From contig MHSA01000012.1 in assembly GCA_001821135.1 (NCBI GenBank), positions 6,341 to 70,340 of the forward strand: a stretch of DNA of 64,000 nucleotides, given 5' to 3'. Numbering within the stretch: the stretch's first letter is position 1; each line of letters begins with the position of its first letter. Position numbers and translations under genes: made by a program. The notes under the pieces are model-generated. The model ran no database searches. It had not been told where the DNA came from and saw nothing but the letters and a program-made list of their open reading frames with translations. Of the stretch, positions 10,036 through 19,677 are shown piece by piece. The DNA comes from Candidatus Taylorbacteria bacterium RIFCSPLOWO2_01_FULL_48_100. GTDB taxonomy: Bacteria; Patescibacteriota; Minisyncoccia; Phycocordibacterales; UBA10002.

Positions 10036-10392
10036 ATGAAAAAAGTTCTTGCAGGTTTGGGGTTATATGCGATTCCGTTTTTAGCGTTGGCGCAGGGGAC
10101 TGGAACGCTTGTTAGTGCTGTGAATACAATTGGGAAAATAGTAAATCTCATTATTCCGATTGTTGGTGCAGTTCTACTCGTCTTTTTCTTTTATGGTGTA
10201 ATTGGATATGTTAATGCGGGCGGAGAAGACGAAAAACGAACCGCGGCGCGCAACACTATGATTTATGCAGTTATCGGTATGTTCGTTGCATTTTCTATCT
10301 TCGGATTGATACAACTCTTACAACGGTCATTTGGCGTTGGTGATACAGCGGGGTTAACTCTACCCGGTCAAAGCGGATTCTTTAACTTCTAA
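10036..10392 (+). CDS. VirB2/TrbC-like pilin 5
   Basis: FFYGVIGYVNAGGEDEKRTAARNTMIYAVIGMFVAFSIFGL; close paralog of 9071-9487. Confidence 0.8.
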   Translation: MKKVLAGLGLYAIPFLALAQGTGTLVSAVNTIGKIVNLIIPIVGAVLLVFFFYGVIGYVNAGGEDEKRTAARNTMIYAVIGMFVAFSIFGLIQLLQRSFGVGDTAGLTLPGQSGFFNF

Positions 10393-10398
10393 TAGGTA

Positions 10399-10644
10399 AT
10401 GGGACCAGTTAACACCTTCATCAACAAAATCGGGGAGAACATTCTGAACCCCCTGATTTACCTTATGTTCGGGGTTGCATCCCTCACATTCGCGTGGGGG
10501 GTGTATGTGTTTCTCGCGAATCTAGACAATGAAGAAAAACGCAAAGAAGGCGGGTGGGCAATGCTCTGGGGTGTGCTCGGGATGGCGATAATGCTTGGAG
10601 CGAAGGGGATTGTAGCGGTTATAAAAGAGACGATTGGGGTGTGA
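10399..10644 (+). CDS. VirB2/TrbC-like pilin 6
   Basis: FAWGVYVFLANLDNEEKRKEGGWAMLWGVLG. Confidence 0.75.
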   Translation: MGPVNTFINKIGENILNPLIYLMFGVASLTFAWGVYVFLANLDNEEKRKEGGWAMLWGVLGMAIMLGAKGIVAVIKETIGV

Positions 10645-10652
10645 GAATAAAG

Positions 10653-10765
10653 ACACCCCTCCGCCTCGCGGACTCGGCACCTCCCCTTAGGTTAAGGGCA
10701 GGATTGGAAAAAGAAAAACCCTCTCGCCCTTTTCATAAGGGGGAGAGGGTAGGGTGAGGGGGTGT
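10653..10765. repeat. 113-bp bipartite REP/BIME-like element, copy 1
   Basis: Differs by one base from 14632-14744; ACACCCC/GGGGTGT ends. Confidence 0.92.
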
Positions 10766-10789
10766 TTGAAACAGAAAATAAGAAAAAAA

Positions 10790-10825
10790 TCACCCCCTCA
10801 CTTGTCCGACAAGTGAGGGGGTGTG
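10790..10825. terminator. Hairpin terminator between convergent genes
   Basis: CACCCCCTCACTTGT-ccg-ACAAGTGAGGGGGTG with an A run on the left. Confidence 0.7.
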
Positions 10826-10830
10826 TGTTT

Positions 10831-11466
10831 TCATTCCATCCGTCCGCTGATTTTCAGCGGAAAGTTGGTGAGCGAGAGGAATCGAAGGACATTCGGCTTC
10901 CCGATGTCGGGGTCGAGTCCCGGGCCGATGATGTGGATGACCCCATCCGCATTCACCGCCAGCACGCCTTCGCGCTTCGTTCCGTCGTCTGCGAACGCAT
11001 CCATCTGCGAACGCCTGCCGTAGAGGTTCAGCGGCTCGCTCCACTGCTCAATCGGCGTGTTGATTGTGCCGATTGGAGCGAGGATGTTGATTTGTTTCTG
11101 GTCGCGAGCAACAGGCGGTCCCGCTTGCGTGGTAATTCCTGCCTGCGCTGGCGCTTGTTGCACCTGCGGCGGCACATAGGTGTAATCGCCTTTCCAGAAC
11201 ATTTTCGGCCCGATGATGAAGATGCAGAGCACGGCGGTGAAGGCAAGAAGTGCAGCGAGTTTCGCAAACGCAATTCCCGTTTCCCACACTTTTTTCCAAT
11301 CGCGTTTTTTTGCGGTTACGGCAGGGGCGGGTGTCGGAGCTCCTCCAGGCACTGGCGTTGTCGGGTTTTTCTTAAACCACCCCGAGATTTTCGTCCAATT
11401 TCCAATCAGAAGAGCGATAATCGCCAACCCAACCGCGCTCCAGATTATGATTGTCAGCCATTTCAT
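10831..11466 (-). CDS. Hypothetical membrane protein
   Basis: Two hydrophobic segments, Pro/Ala linker, AAAGGA RBS. Confidence 0.7.
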   Translation of the reverse strand: MKWLTIIIWSAVGLAIIALLIGNWTKISGWFKKNPTTPVPGGAPTPAPAVTAKKRDWKKVWETGIAFAKLAALLAFTAVLCIFIIGPKMFWKGDYTYVPPQVQQAPAQAGITTQAGPPVARDQKQINILAPIGTINTPIEQWSEPLNLYGRRSQMDAFADDGTKREGVLAVNADGVIHIIGPGLDPDIGKPNVLRFLSLTNFPLKISGRME

Positions 11467-11580
11467 AAGATTTTTCCTTTCGGTTCAGTGCAGGACTTTA
11501 TGTCAAGCAACTGTTCTAATATATATTATAGCAAAAAAGACACCCGAAGTCAAGGACTTCGGGTGTTGTGAATTAACGAC

Positions 11581-12774
11581 TTATTTGTTGATTTGGATAG
11601 CGCCGCCTTCTACCCAAGTAACGCCTGTTTTTATTTTGTCGGCCTTCTCAATGTTAAGCCGAGCAATATCAACCGCGAATTTTGCCTGCAGAATTTCCGT
11701 AGTTACTCCAGTTGCGGTTATCTGCGAGGTGAGCGCGGCGGCATCGGCAGTAGCAACGGTTGTTATCGCCTTCGCGTGCTTCTCTGCTTTCATCACTTCT
11801 GCGTCACCCTCAAGCTCAGCGATTTTCTTTGCTTTAAGTGCTTTCGCCGCTGTGTCATCCAATTTTGACAACTGAATCTGGACGACCCGTGAGTCAATCA
11901 GATACACGCCAAACTCTTCAATCAAACCGCGCGGACCGTAGTTGAGCGGGTCTAACGCTTCCCAGAAGAAGTCCGACTGCGACCCGGTAACTCCCAATTT
12001 TATGAACGCTTCATATCCACCTGGATATTTGCGCAGATAGTCAATGACCGCTGCCTGTATCACTTGTTCCAAGAGCGAGAAGAACCGCTCGCGATAAGTA
12101 AAAACAATAGGTTGCGGCTTCACTATTTGAAAATTATTCTGAAGCAAGACGCTTGCTTCAAACAAATCCAGAAATTCCACATCGCGCACGAGCACAGGTC
12201 GCGGAAACTTCCAAAGAAGCGAGGTTTCTTCCGTCGTGTCGCCGGTTTGATTGTGGACCGAACTGTCCAGCCATTTCTCAATTGGGGCGTTTTCGGGTAC
12301 TGCGGTATCCGGACGGATGCGCAAGTGAACCACTTTGAATTTGTGTATTTTCCAAAGCGGATACAACACACTTACCCAATAAAACCCGCATAACTCAGCG
12401 AGTGGTCGTTTTTTTTCTTTCTTATTCATACCGAGGACAGCACCAGTAGTATCTTTGACTTCTCCGGTTCGCACGATGGCGTTACTCACTTGAATATGTT
12501 TTTCATCAAAGGTCGGTTTTCCGTCAGATCCTTTGATTAGTTTGCCGGTCGCGTTTTTATTGGCTTCTCTCACATAGAGCCACCCCATATTTTTTTGTTG
12601 ATAGTGCCATCCGTCAATGTTTTCCAACACATCGTCAAGTTTTCCGCCCTTAACGATAAACTCAATTGTGTCTTGGTCTACAAATGTCGCCTGCTGTTTG
12701 TTTTTCGCGGCGTTGTAGAGGAATAGCACAATGAGCGGTATGAGAATTAGTAATCCGACTATCGTTTCTAACAT
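11581..12774 (-). CDS. SPFH/band-7-like membrane-anchored protein
   Basis: N-terminal TM, EEFGVYLIDSRVVQIQL strand, then AE-rich coiled coil (AELEGDAEVMKAE). Confidence 0.6.
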   Translation of the reverse strand: MLETIVGLLILIPLIVLFLYNAAKNKQQATFVDQDTIEFIVKGGKLDDVLENIDGWHYQQKNMGWLYVREANKNATGKLIKGSDGKPTFDEKHIQVSNAIVRTGEVKDTTGAVLGMNKKEKKRPLAELCGFYWVSVLYPLWKIHKFKVVHLRIRPDTAVPENAPIEKWLDSSVHNQTGDTTEETSLLWKFPRPVLVRDVEFLDLFEASVLLQNNFQIVKPQPIVFTYRERFFSLLEQVIQAAVIDYLRKYPGGYEAFIKLGVTGSQSDFFWEALDPLNYGPRGLIEEFGVYLIDSRVVQIQLSKLDDTAAKALKAKKIAELEGDAEVMKAEKHAKAITTVATADAAALTSQITATGVTTEILQAKFAVDIARLNIEKADKIKTGVTWVEGGAIQINK

Positions 12775-12867
12775 AGTTTTTCCTTTCGTTTCAGTTGTTT
12801 ATTGTCAAGGTTCTCTGTGCGGAAATATAGCACAAGGCGCGCTTGTAGTCAAGCGCGCCTAAAAGAA

Positions 12868-12912
12868 AGCCGACACCGAATGTTTGAAGCCCATCAACAT
12901 TCGGTGTCGGCT
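12868..12912. repeat. GATGTTGA-family palindrome
   Basis: AGCCGACACCGAATGTT-tgaagcccatc-AACATTCGGTGTCGGCT; same loop as 47911. Confidence 0.8.
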
Positions 12913-12922
12913 CATTACTTTT

Positions 12923-13099
12923 TTACCGACTCCCCACCAACTTGAGAATTGCGCCTACGCCGACGATAATCGGCCAGGTAACCGCAGTCGTTTCCGGCGA
13001 GATATAGCCGAGCGCGTCAAATAGGAATACGAGCGCGAAGAGAAGCGTGAGGAGCGGGAGAATCCCTATATGGTGTCCGCCTTGTCCTTGTGAAAACAT
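12923..13099 (-). CDS. 58-aa membrane protein (LiaF-TM/DUF5668-like), not in the ORF track
   Basis: MFSQGQGGHHIGILPLLTLLFALVFLFDALGYISPETTAVTWPIIVGVGAILKLVGSR*. Confidence 0.65.
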   Translation of the reverse strand: MFSQGQGGHHIGILPLLTLLFALVFLFDALGYISPETTAVTWPIIVGVGAILKLVGSR

Positions 13100-13230
13100 A
13101 GTATTAAAAGTTATAAATAATAAAAGCGACCATTGTTTCTTACCACACCATTATCGCACACAATACAAACTTACTTGCACGCAATATGTGGATATGTTAG
13201 GGTGCGGGCAGAATAAAGAAAGGAGTAAGT

Positions 13231-13509
13231 ATGAGTACAAAATACACCCGAGGGTGGATTCGAATGCAAGTTCTGGATGGGATTGTTGAAATTGGAAAGT
13301 TCACACCGGGCATCGCTAACAGCGATACCGAGCTTGAACGACAGGATGTCCTGCTTCTAATGTCGCATCTCTCCGGTCGGTTGAATAAATCGATTGAGTG
13401 GAACAGACCACAGCCGAGGCATGGAATCAAAGTGTCCACAGTTGTTGGGTACTTGGAAATAGTACTCAATAGCAACGGAACGCACGAAGAATCCGAATCC
13501 ATCTCATAA
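13231..13509 (+). CDS. Hypothetical protein
   Basis: AAGGAG RBS; downstream hairpin-T terminator at about 13510-13543. Confidence 0.65.
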   Translation: MSTKYTRGWIRMQVLDGIVEIGKFTPGIANSDTELERQDVLLLMSHLSGRLNKSIEWNRPQPRHGIKVSTVVGYLEIVLNSNGTHEESESIS

Positions 13510-13578
13510 ACCTCGCACAAAGGGTATGTGCGGGGTTTTCTTTTGGAAAAGTGAAATTCGTGTTATTATGCAGCCGTT

Positions 13579-14163
13579 GTGTTTTTAGACGATGTAAAAC
13601 CAAAGGAAAATACTGAAATGGATGATGTGGAGATTTTGCGCGCTTCGCGCGACAACCCGGCGCTGTTTGAGGTGCTTGTTTCTCGTTATGAAGAAGCATT
13701 TTTGCGCAAAGCGAAATATATCTTAAAGGATGACGAAAAGGCGCAGGATGTCGTGCAAGACGCGTTTGTAAAAATATATCTGAACGCGGCGCGCTACCAA
13801 CCAATGCCGGGCGCATCCCTTAAGTCGTGGATGTATAAAGTGCTCGTCAATTTATGTTTTACAGCGTGGAAGAAAGGGAAGCGCGCTCAAGAGTTTAACG
13901 CGCTTTTAGACCCCGAACTTATGGAACTCGTACGCGATGCCGGCGAGGAGTTGGAACGCGAAGCGCGTTATGACCGTGATACCATTGTGTCGCTTCTCTC
14001 CAAACTACCCGTAACATTAGTGCGGGTTATTGAGTTGCATTTTCTTGAAGGCAAGCCCCAGCGCGAGGTCGCGCGCGCAGTGGGCATTTCGGAAGGGGCA
14101 GTGCGGGCGCGGGTGCACCGCGCCAAGCAGGCGATGAAGAAGTTACTTATTTCATCCCGTTAG
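13579..14163 (+). CDS. ECF-type RNA polymerase sigma factor
   Basis: AQDVVQDAFVKIY, KSWMYKVLVN region 2; GKPQREVARAVGISEGAVRARVHRAK region 4. Confidence 0.9.
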   Translation: MFLDDVKPKENTEMDDVEILRASRDNPALFEVLVSRYEEAFLRKAKYILKDDEKAQDVVQDAFVKIYLNAARYQPMPGASLKSWMYKVLVNLCFTAWKKGKRAQEFNALLDPELMELVRDAGEELEREARYDRDTIVSLLSKLPVTLVRVIELHFLEGKPQREVARAVGISEGAVRARVHRAKQAMKKLLISSR

Positions 14164-14274
14164 AGATAGGACGCGGATGGATAAATCAACACTTCTTTGC
14201 CAACTTTTTGAGTTTAATAAATTTAAAATAGTATTAATCCTACATTGAGAAGCGTCCGCTATCTCTAACGGGAT
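14154..14274. repeat. MITE-like inverted repeat with AT-rich spacer
   Basis: ATCCCGTTAGAGATAG..GACGC / GCGTC..CTATCTCTAACGGGAT. Confidence 0.75.
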
Positions 14275-14291
14275 TCACTAAATACTATACT

Positions 14292-14630
14292 ATGGCTGAA
14301 TATATTGAATCAGTAAGGCGGGATATTATGAGGCGCGTGTATGTCGTATTTTTTGTGCGAAAAGTGGTGAAGCCGTTTGTCATTAAAATGGGCTCGGTCG
14401 CCGCGCTTGCTGTTGCGGTCGCCGCGCTCGTATCCGTGCAAAATGTGCTCGGCAATATGCCGTCTCCTGCTGAGTTTGTATCCTTCGGCAAGTTTATATT
14501 CTCGGCATTTGCAAATACGGAACTCTCCGTGCAGGCGCTCTCGCTCGCGGTTGCTGTGCTCGCCGCATTTGCCGTCCGCGACCTCGCGCGCGTTTCGCGA
14601 CTTATCGGAGTACGACGGGTTGCAATGTAA
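14292..14630 (+). CDS. Small membrane protein downstream of the ECF sigma
   Basis: Two or three hydrophobic segments; position typical of an anti-sigma partner. Confidence 0.6.
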   Translation: MAEYIESVRRDIMRRVYVVFFVRKVVKPFVIKMGSVAALAVAVAALVSVQNVLGNMPSPAEFVSFGKFIFSAFANTELSVQALSLAVAVLAAFAVRDLARVSRLIGVRRVAM

Positions 14631-14631
14631 T

Positions 14632-14744
14632 ACACCCCTCCGCCTCGCGGACTCGGCACCTCCCCTTAGGTTAAGGGCAGGATTGGAAAAAGAAAAACCC
14701 TCTCGCCCTTTTCATAAGGGGGAGAGGGCAGGGTGAGGGGGTGT
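14632..14744. repeat. 113-bp bipartite REP/BIME-like element, copy 2
   Basis: Near-identical to 10653-10765. Confidence 0.92.
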
Positions 14745-16414
14745 CATCTACCTCGGTTTCTTTTCAACCTCACCAGCATCTTTTCAACAGGAAGCGTATT
14801 TACAATATCTTTTTTCTCCGCCCAGCCGCGCCGCGCTTGTCCTATTCCAAGACGAAGCGCCTTGAAGCCGTCGGGTGAGTGCGCGTCGGAACCGATAGAA
14901 AGAAGAACGCCAGCTTGTACGCATTGCCGTATCAGTTCGTCGTGCAAATCAAGGCGCTCCGGCGCCGCGTCAATTTCCAAAACCGTGCCGTTTTCTTTTG
15001 CGGCGGCAATCACCTCGCTCCAGTCAGCGGCAATCGGAGGGCGTTTGTTCAGCATTCGCGCAGATGGGTGAAAGATAATATCCACGAGCGGGTGTTCAAT
15101 CGCTTTAATGAGCCGTTTCGTTTGTTCTTTCACCGAAAGCTCAAAGTGACTATGAACAGATGCGCCCGCAAAGTCCATTTTTGCGAGCGCATCGTCCGCA
15201 AGGTCCAGCGAGCCGTCTTTTTTTATATTCACCTCCGCGCTTTTCAGGATTCTTAATTTTACGCTTTCAGTTTTTAATTTTTTATTCAATGCGTCAATCT
15301 CTTTCACTTGTTCAGCAAACTCTTTTTCATTCATTCCACCAGTCATCGCAAGCCCCTGCGTGTGGTCGGTCATTGCAATGTATTCCAAGCCGAGTGCGCG
15401 CGCTGCGCGCGCCATCTCTTCTATAGAGCGCGTGCCGTCGGTCCAGTCCGAATGCGCCTGCAAGTCGCCTTTTAGGTCGTTATACCCAATTAGGTCTGGG
15501 AGTTTATTGTTTTGACTCGCTTCCAACTCACCTGTCATTTCCCGTAATTCGGGTTCAATATATTTAAGTCCTAATTTCGCATAAAGTTCTTCTTCTGTGC
15601 TAAATAATCCATGCTCATTTAATTTCCACCCTTTTTTGAGCGCTCGTTCGCGAAGCGCGATGTTGTGCGCCCTTGAACCAGTGAAATGGTTGAGCACCGC
15701 GCCCCATGACTCTGGCTGTACGATACGCACATTGATACGCTCTATTTCTGGAAGTTTAGCAATTTTCTTCATCGTTTCTTCCGGCTTTTCAGATACGGCG
15801 AGTATGTCTATGTCGCCGACCGTTTCTTTCATTCTGCGCACAGAGCCCGCGGCAACCGCCTTTTTCACTTCCGGAAATGCGCCGATTTTATGCTCCAGCG
15901 CGTGCGCGACGGGAAGTACCGCGCCGAGAATCATCCTCCCACCGACTTCGCGGCGGAACGCGATGCCTTTGAGAATCTTCTCTTCGCTTTTCTCGCCGAA
16001 GCCCGGTAGCGCGCGCAGGGTACCTGCGCGCGCGGCGGCTTCCAATTCGTCTAGATTTTTGATTTTTAATTTCTCCCACAGCGTCTTTACTGTTTTCGGC
16101 CCTATACCTTCCACCGCGACGAGCTCGCCGACTGCTACCGGCGTTTTCTTTTTCAGCCGTTCATATTCCGCAAAGGTTCCGCGCGCGAGGAGCTCGGCGA
16201 TGTGTGCGGCAATACCCGCGCCGATGCCGGGTATTTCCTTGAGCGCGCCGGGACCACCTATCGCAAAGGTCTCGTAGAGCGGTTCCTCGCGCGCCTCAAT
16301 CGCCAGTGCCGCGCGCTCGTACGCGCGCGGCTTGAACGGCTCGCTCTCCATTTCATACAACGCAGCCGTCTCGCCGAGCAGTTCCGCAATTCGGGTATTT
16401 GAGAGTTGCTTCAT
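14744..16414 (-). CDS. polX: DNA polymerase X / PHP-domain protein
   Basis: HhH motifs, AGSVRRMKETVGDIDIL, FTGSRAHN, PHP motifs (HSDWTDG, TDH, GSDAH). Confidence 0.9.
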   Translation of the reverse strand: MKQLSNTRIAELLGETAALYEMESEPFKPRAYERAALAIEAREEPLYETFAIGGPGALKEIPGIGAGIAAHIAELLARGTFAEYERLKKKTPVAVGELVAVEGIGPKTVKTLWEKLKIKNLDELEAAARAGTLRALPGFGEKSEEKILKGIAFRREVGGRMILGAVLPVAHALEHKIGAFPEVKKAVAAGSVRRMKETVGDIDILAVSEKPEETMKKIAKLPEIERINVRIVQPESWGAVLNHFTGSRAHNIALRERALKKGWKLNEHGLFSTEEELYAKLGLKYIEPELREMTGELEASQNNKLPDLIGYNDLKGDLQAHSDWTDGTRSIEEMARAARALGLEYIAMTDHTQGLAMTGGMNEKEFAEQVKEIDALNKKLKTESVKLRILKSAEVNIKKDGSLDLADDALAKMDFAGASVHSHFELSVKEQTKRLIKAIEHPLVDIIFHPSARMLNKRPPIAADWSEVIAAAKENGTVLEIDAAPERLDLHDELIRQCVQAGVLLSIGSDAHSPDGFKALRLGIGQARRGWAEKKDIVNTLPVEKMLVRLKRNRGR

Positions 16415-16510
16415 TGCCGTTATTATCGCACACGGGCGGCAATCGCAAAACTTGCGTTTTGTCCATTATTGCGATAGGTTGATAACGGATGTTTTTTGAT
16501 TGGAGGAAAA

Positions 16511-16996
16511 ATGAAAACTACTGAAAAAAAGGAACCAGAAATCAAACTATATGGAATTCCTATCTGGTGTCATCATCACTGCGGAAAAATGGGAATTGAA
16601 AAAACAGAATCTTCTTTATTGAAACTTGCGGGAAGTGCGGCGTTCCTAGAAATTGTGAACCCAACACTTTTCAGTGGAAAGAGATATTGGAAGGTTTTGT
16701 GGGAGATCCTGTTTGCTGTGGAAGAGAAGGTGAACGGACAAGTGCTTTTCTCAGACGCTCATTTACGCGCCGCTTTCGGACTCTCAAATGAAATGAAGGT
16801 GTCTAGCGATTGGTTGTTAGAAAAATATGGTGGTGATGTCGCGGCACAAGGGTGTTTCATTCGCTATCAGCAGTTTCTGAATATTCCGGGTCCGGGAACC
16901 GGTAATGATGGAGATCCGAATATCTCCATTGAAATCAACGAGGAAATGAAAAATGCAATCGCGGCACTGTTGCTTACGAAAAGCGTCGCCAACTGA
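16511..16996 (+). CDS. Hypothetical protein
   Basis: GGAGGA RBS before ATG 16511; [19 protein letters not shown]. Confidence 0.65.
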   Translation: MKTTEKKEPEIKLYGIPIWCHHHCGKMGIEKTESSLLKLAGSAAFLEIVNPTLFSGKRYWKVLWEILFAVEEKVNGQVLFSDAHLRAAFGLSNEMKVSSDWLLEKYGGDVAAQGCFIRYQQFLNIPGPGTGNDGDPNISIEINEEMKNAIAALLLTKSVAN

Positions 16997-17090
16997 TGTT
17001 GATTCACAAAGGGTTTGCTGTCGCAAGACGGCAGACCTTTTCTTTTTAACTAATTTGCTGTTTTTGGCGGTTTCTAGTATGATGTTATTC

Positions 17091-17342
17091 GTGAAAAAAG
17101 ACATTCACCCGAAGTATTATCCGGAAGCGAAGGTGTCGTGTTCGTGCGGCGCGGTTTTTGCCGTGGGTTCTACCAAGCCGGAATTGCGCGTTGAAATATG
17201 CGGGAACTGCCATCCGTTCTACACAGGCACCGAAAAAATTGTTGACACGGCGGGCCGCGTTGAGCGTTTTAAGTCAAAAATTGCAAAGGCCGCTAGCTTA
17301 CCGCGCGCGGTGAAAAAGGCGGCGAAGAAAAATAAAAAATAA
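17091..17342 (+). CDS. rpmE: 50S ribosomal protein L31
   Basis: [33 protein letters not shown]. Confidence 0.96.
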   Translation: MKKDIHPKYYPEAKVSCSCGAVFAVGSTKPELRVEICGNCHPFYTGTEKIVDTAGRVERFKSKIAKAASLPRAVKKAAKKNKK

Positions 17343-17350
17343 GACAAAAA

Positions 17351-17446
17351 TCCTCTCGCCCTTTTCCAAAGTGGGAGAGGGTAGGGTGAGGGGGTGTAAG
17401 AAAAAAACACCCCTCCCTTTCCCTCCCCTTAGGTTAAGGGCAGGGT
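17351..17446. repeat. Bipartite REP-like element with its halves in swapped order
   Basis: CCTCTCGCCCTTTT..GGGAGAGGGTAGGGTGAGGGGGTGT then ACACCCCTCC..CTCCCCTTAGGTTAAGGGCAGG. Confidence 0.85.
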
Positions 17447-17451
17447 AAAAC

Positions 17452-18420
17452 ATGAACCTAGAATCCTACAAAAAGAATCCGCGCACGGCGCATCTTGTGG
17501 AGTCGTACGCGAGGATTGAAAAAGAAGAAGCGGAACTCACCGCGCTCGCGGAGCGCGAGCGCGGTATGAAAGAAATGGCGGACAAAGAGCTCGCCGGTTT
17601 TGCGGAACAAAAGGATGCGCTTGCGGCGCAAATGCGTGCTCTTGCGGAAGCTGCGAGAGAAGAAGAGGCGTTTCCTAACGAACTCATTTTAGAAGTGCGC
17701 GCGGGGGTGGGCGGCGATGAAGCCGCGCTTTTTGCGAAAGAGATTGCCGAGATGTACCGCGCGTTTGCGGAGCGGAGCGGCTGGTCGTGGAGTCCTCTGT
17801 ACCTTTCCGAAAACGGAATCGGCGGGTACAAGGAAGCCGCATTTGAAATCAAAGGCAAGCAGTGCTACAAGTTACTCCGTTTTGAGACCGGGGTGCATCG
17901 CATTCAGCGCGTGCCGGAAACAGAAAAGATGGGCCGCGTGCACACCTCTACTGCATCAGTCGCGATTATGCCCGTGCGCGCAAGCGGCGGCTTTGAGATG
18001 AACCCTTCCGACCTTGAAGTAGAGTTTTCGCGCGCGGGCGGAAAGGGCGGGCAGAATGTGAATAAAGTGGAAACCGCCGTGCGCATTTTGCACAAGCCGT
18101 CGGGAATTGTGGTGCGTTCAACTGCGGAGCGGAGCCAGAGCCGCAATCGCGAAAAGGCACTCCATGTTTTGACGGCAAAACTTGAAGCGCAAACCGCTGA
18201 GGCAGAAGCGAAAAAGAGCGCCTCCGCGCGGCGCGCGCAAATCGGCACAGGGGACCGTAGCGAGAAGATTCGTACCTACAATGTGCTTCAAGACCGCGTT
18301 ACCGACCACCGCATTAAAGAATCATGGCACAATCTGCTTGGCATTTTCGCTGGAGAAATCGGGGAGATTGTGGAAGCGCTTCAGATTGCGGAAAAAGAAG
18401 CCGCGCAGGCAACTATTTGA
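17452..18420 (+). CDS. prfA: Peptide chain release factor 1
   Basis: [12 protein letters not shown] (PxT), [19 protein letters not shown]. Confidence 0.95.
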   Translation: MNLESYKKNPRTAHLVESYARIEKEEAELTALAERERGMKEMADKELAGFAEQKDALAAQMRALAEAAREEEAFPNELILEVRAGVGGDEAALFAKEIAEMYRAFAERSGWSWSPLYLSENGIGGYKEAAFEIKGKQCYKLLRFETGVHRIQRVPETEKMGRVHTSTASVAIMPVRASGGFEMNPSDLEVEFSRAGGKGGQNVNKVETAVRILHKPSGIVVRSTAERSQSRNREKALHVLTAKLEAQTAEAEAKKSASARRAQIGTGDRSEKIRTYNVLQDRVTDHRIKESWHNLLGIFAGEIGEIVEALQIAEKEAAQATI

Positions 18421-18452
18421 TTTTTATATGGTTTTTGATACACTTTTGTTCT

Positions 18453-19169
18453 ATGACTGAAACCAAGCAAGCAATAAATGACCCCGTGATGGACGCGCTC
18501 TTTAAGGTGGGCGCACATTACGGCTATGCGAAAACGCGGCGGCACCCTTCCACTGCACCGTATATTTTGGGGATGAAAAACCGCGTAGAGATTATTGATT
18601 TGGAAAAAACAAAAATCCTTTTGGAAGCGGCAAAAGCGTTTGTGAGTACGCTTGGTGCCGAAGGCAAGACGCTCCTTTTTGTCGGAGGAAAACCGGAATC
18701 GGAAGATGCCGTACGAAAAGACGCAACGGAAATAGGTATGCCGTTTGTCGCCGGGCGGTGGGTTGGAGGTATGCTCACCAACTTCGCGCAAATCCGCTCA
18801 CGCGTGGACACGCTTCTTGACCTTAAGGCAAAGCGCGAGCGAGGAGAACTTGCGAAATATACAAAGAAAGAACAGCTCCTCATCAGCCGCGACATTGAAC
18901 GGTTGGAGAAGTTGTTTGCTGGACTTGTTTCGCTGAAAGCGTTACCGGCCGCACTATTTATTGTTGACCCGAAAGAGGAAAAGACCGCCGCGAGCGAAGC
19001 GAAGCGGCTAAATATACCAGTGGTTGCGCTCGCGAGCTCCGACTGCGATATTTCCGAAATAGCGCATCCAGTTATCGCCAATGATTCTTCAATGGCGAGC
19101 ATTAAATATTTTGTAAATGAAATTGCAAAAGCGTATCAAGATGGAAAAACACAAGGCGTAAGCCAATAA
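18453..19169 (+). CDS. rpsB: 30S ribosomal protein S2
   Basis: GAHYG, RWVGGMLTNF, IANDSS. Confidence 0.96.
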   Translation: MTETKQAINDPVMDALFKVGAHYGYAKTRRHPSTAPYILGMKNRVEIIDLEKTKILLEAAKAFVSTLGAEGKTLLFVGGKPESEDAVRKDATEIGMPFVAGRWVGGMLTNFAQIRSRVDTLLDLKAKRERGELAKYTKKEQLLISRDIERLEKLFAGLVSLKALPAALFIVDPKEEKTAASEAKRLNIPVVALASSDCDISEIAHPVIANDSSMASIKYFVNEIAKAYQDGKTQGVSQ

Positions 19170-19174
19170 GAAAC

Positions 19175-19624
19175 ATGGAGATCACCACAAACCAAATCAA
19201 AGCATTGCGCGCTCAAACTGGCGTCTCGGTGATGCAGTGTCGCAAGGCGCTTACGGAGGCGGGCGGAGATGCAGAAAAGGCGCTCCTCCTTCTCAAAAAG
19301 CGCGGCGCGGAGGCGGCGGCGAAAAAGTCGGGGCGGACGCTTGGCGCAGGCGCGGTTGCTTCTTATATCCACCCAGGCGCAACCGTTGGCGCGCTGGTAC
19401 TTCTTTCATCCGAAACGGATTTTGTATCACGCAATCCGGAGTTCCAGGTGCTCGCGCGCGACATCGCGATGCATGTCGCCGCTATGAATCCAGAAAAAGA
19501 TGCGCTGTTAGACCAGCCGTTTATCAAAACGCCGGACGAGACCATCCGCGCGCTCCTTGAGCGCGCCGTGCAAAAGTTCGGCGAGCGCATTGAGGTTGCC
19601 GACTTCACCAGATTTGCGGTGTAA
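19175..19624 (+). CDS. tsf: Elongation factor Ts (short form)
   Basis: LRAQTGVSVMQCRKAL, SETDFVSRN, IAMHVAA. Confidence 0.93.
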   Translation: MEITTNQIKALRAQTGVSVMQCRKALTEAGGDAEKALLLLKKRGAEAAAKKSGRTLGAGAVASYIHPGATVGALVLLSSETDFVSRNPEFQVLARDIAMHVAAMNPEKDALLDQPFIKTPDETIRALLERAVQKFGERIEVADFTRFAV

Positions 19625-19677
19625 CGAAGTGTATAAAGATAATTCTCCCACGCCTTAAAAGTTATTTCAAGTAAGAA

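Noticed and set aside
19175-19624. tsf as a pseudogene because it is only 149 aa
   Set aside because: All key motifs and both termini are present; short EF-Ts forms exist
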